Assembly (NCBI RefSeq): GCF_964355755.1
Contig: NC_092673.1
Coordinates: 15,844,948 to 15,908,947, forward strand
DNA from: Antedon mediterranea
Lineage: Eukaryota > Animalia > Echinodermata
Reading direction: 5' to 3'
Length of the DNA: 64,000 bases
Of this stretch, positions 62,931 to 64,000 are shown piece by piece. The stretch's first letter is position 1. Each line of letters opens with the position of its first letter. Both the position numbers and the translations under genes were made by a program. The notes beneath the pieces were generated by a model, which saw only the letters and a program-made list of their open reading frames with translations, made no database searches and had not been told where the DNA came from.

Positions 62931-63222
62931 ATCTTCTTAATCCTTCAAAATCCAGAAATACACAAGAATCATAGACAAATGGAACGCACTACCACAACAT
63001 GTTTTAGACGGTAATACTATAAATAATTTCAAACAATTATTGACAAACACATTAACATATCCAATAGAGGAGGCAGTCAATACATGTATTAACGCCTTTG
63101 CCTCCTGATTCACTTAAAGAACACTAACCTAAATAGGCCTAGCCACAGCATTTAAAATTTAACATTTTCTAATACCTAGCAAAGCAAACATTTTGAAACC
63201 ACCGACTCTCCCCATCATATTA

Positions 63223-63399
63223 CCACAAAAGGAAAGTATGGGACAACATGATAGTTTTGAGTAATCAAGCAAAACGTGTTTTTGGTGAAATGTGTTTATA
63301 TAGGCTTATGTGATTAGCATAGGTAATTAATAGAATATTCTAGGTATATTAGTTTACAAAAATGTTAGCTCAAAATGTCCCATACTTCCTTCTGCTTTG
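63223..63399. mobile_element. Small TA-flanked MITE
   Basis: taccacaaaaggaaagtatgggaca...tgtcccatacttccttctgctttggta. Confidence 0.6.
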
Positions 63400-63867
63400 G
63401 TATTATGAGCGCACTATGTAGGAAAAAACCACATTGAAAGGAAGTAAATCCACAATTATAGTAAATCAATGGTCACATGGAAAATACAATTATGAATTAA
63501 TGGTAAGCAGCATTCACTACATAAATTATTACTAAAAACCAGTATTTTGTAGCAAAAAATACAAACATTTATTCATCAAACTTTGATTTACAAAATTACT
63601 TGTAAATCCCCGAAATTATTGTCTTCACTCTAGATTATTTTATATCCCAAAATGTTAATTATTAAAATAAATATAAATATTGAAATGGTTTCTCTGGAAA
63701 ATACTGTAGCACATAAAATGGTTAAAGTCTGATTTGTATGTAAATTATTCAGACAAATAGAATTGTTGACAAATACATTATCCTCTAAATACATCATAAT
63801 TGATGTATCTTCAGTGAATATTATTGATTTGATGTTTAATTGATTATCTGTCAAGTCTACTGATGAA

Positions 63868-63999
63868 TCATTTACTGGCAACCGTTTCCAAAATGAATGT
63901 CGATTTGCTGGCATGAATCGGCAGAGGTTGGTCAAAATGTAATTGTTCTTTTTGTCTCGGATGCCTCTTGGTGATTGAAGACAACAGATTTCTCAATTC
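63868..63999 (-). CDS. Possible 3' end of a convergent gene running off the window
   Basis: Frame open from the window edge: ELRNLLSSITKRHPRQKEQLHFDQPLPIHASKSTFILETVASK then TGA. Higher GC than flank, AATAAA downstream near 63570. No homology recognised. Confidence 0.3.
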   Translation of the reverse strand, partial: ELRNLLSSITKRHPRQKEQLHFDQPLPIHASKSTFILETVASK

Positions 64000-64000
64000 T

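Noticed and set aside
63630-63935. 101-aa minus-strand ORF
   Set aside because: TTG start, in-frame stop upstream within the window, UTR-like composition

Overview
AT-rich animal genomic DNA with spliceosomal introns; no prokaryotic features. It is most likely an invertebrate deuterostome such as an echinoderm (inference from the protein sequences, repeat families and the frequent TAGGCCTA motif). Three complete protein-coding genes can be rebuilt by hand. (1) A class A neuropeptide GPCR of the PrRP/sNPF-receptor type with a single coding exon (minus, 5021-6337). (2) MCMBP (minus, 14 coding exons, 28377-50136, 624 aa); its intron 4 has U12 (minor spliceosome) signals. (3) SEC23IP/DDHD-family phospholipase A1 (plus, 15 coding exons, 50864-60564, 966 aa). 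MCMBP and SEC23IP are head-to-head, with 727 bp between the start codons and an E2F site in the spacer; I recall the same arrangement in human 10q26. The rest is a mix of MITEs (Harbinger-, Kolobok- and Tc1/mariner-like), SINEs (including 5S-derived ones), LINE fragments and minisatellites. Two minisatellites look like amplified MITE ends. The best leads are the remodelled ligand pocket and Cys-rich extracellular loops of the GPCR, the conserved gene order, the U12 intron and the MITE behaviour. I found no clear new multi-gene system. Family assignments come from remembered motifs, not database searches.
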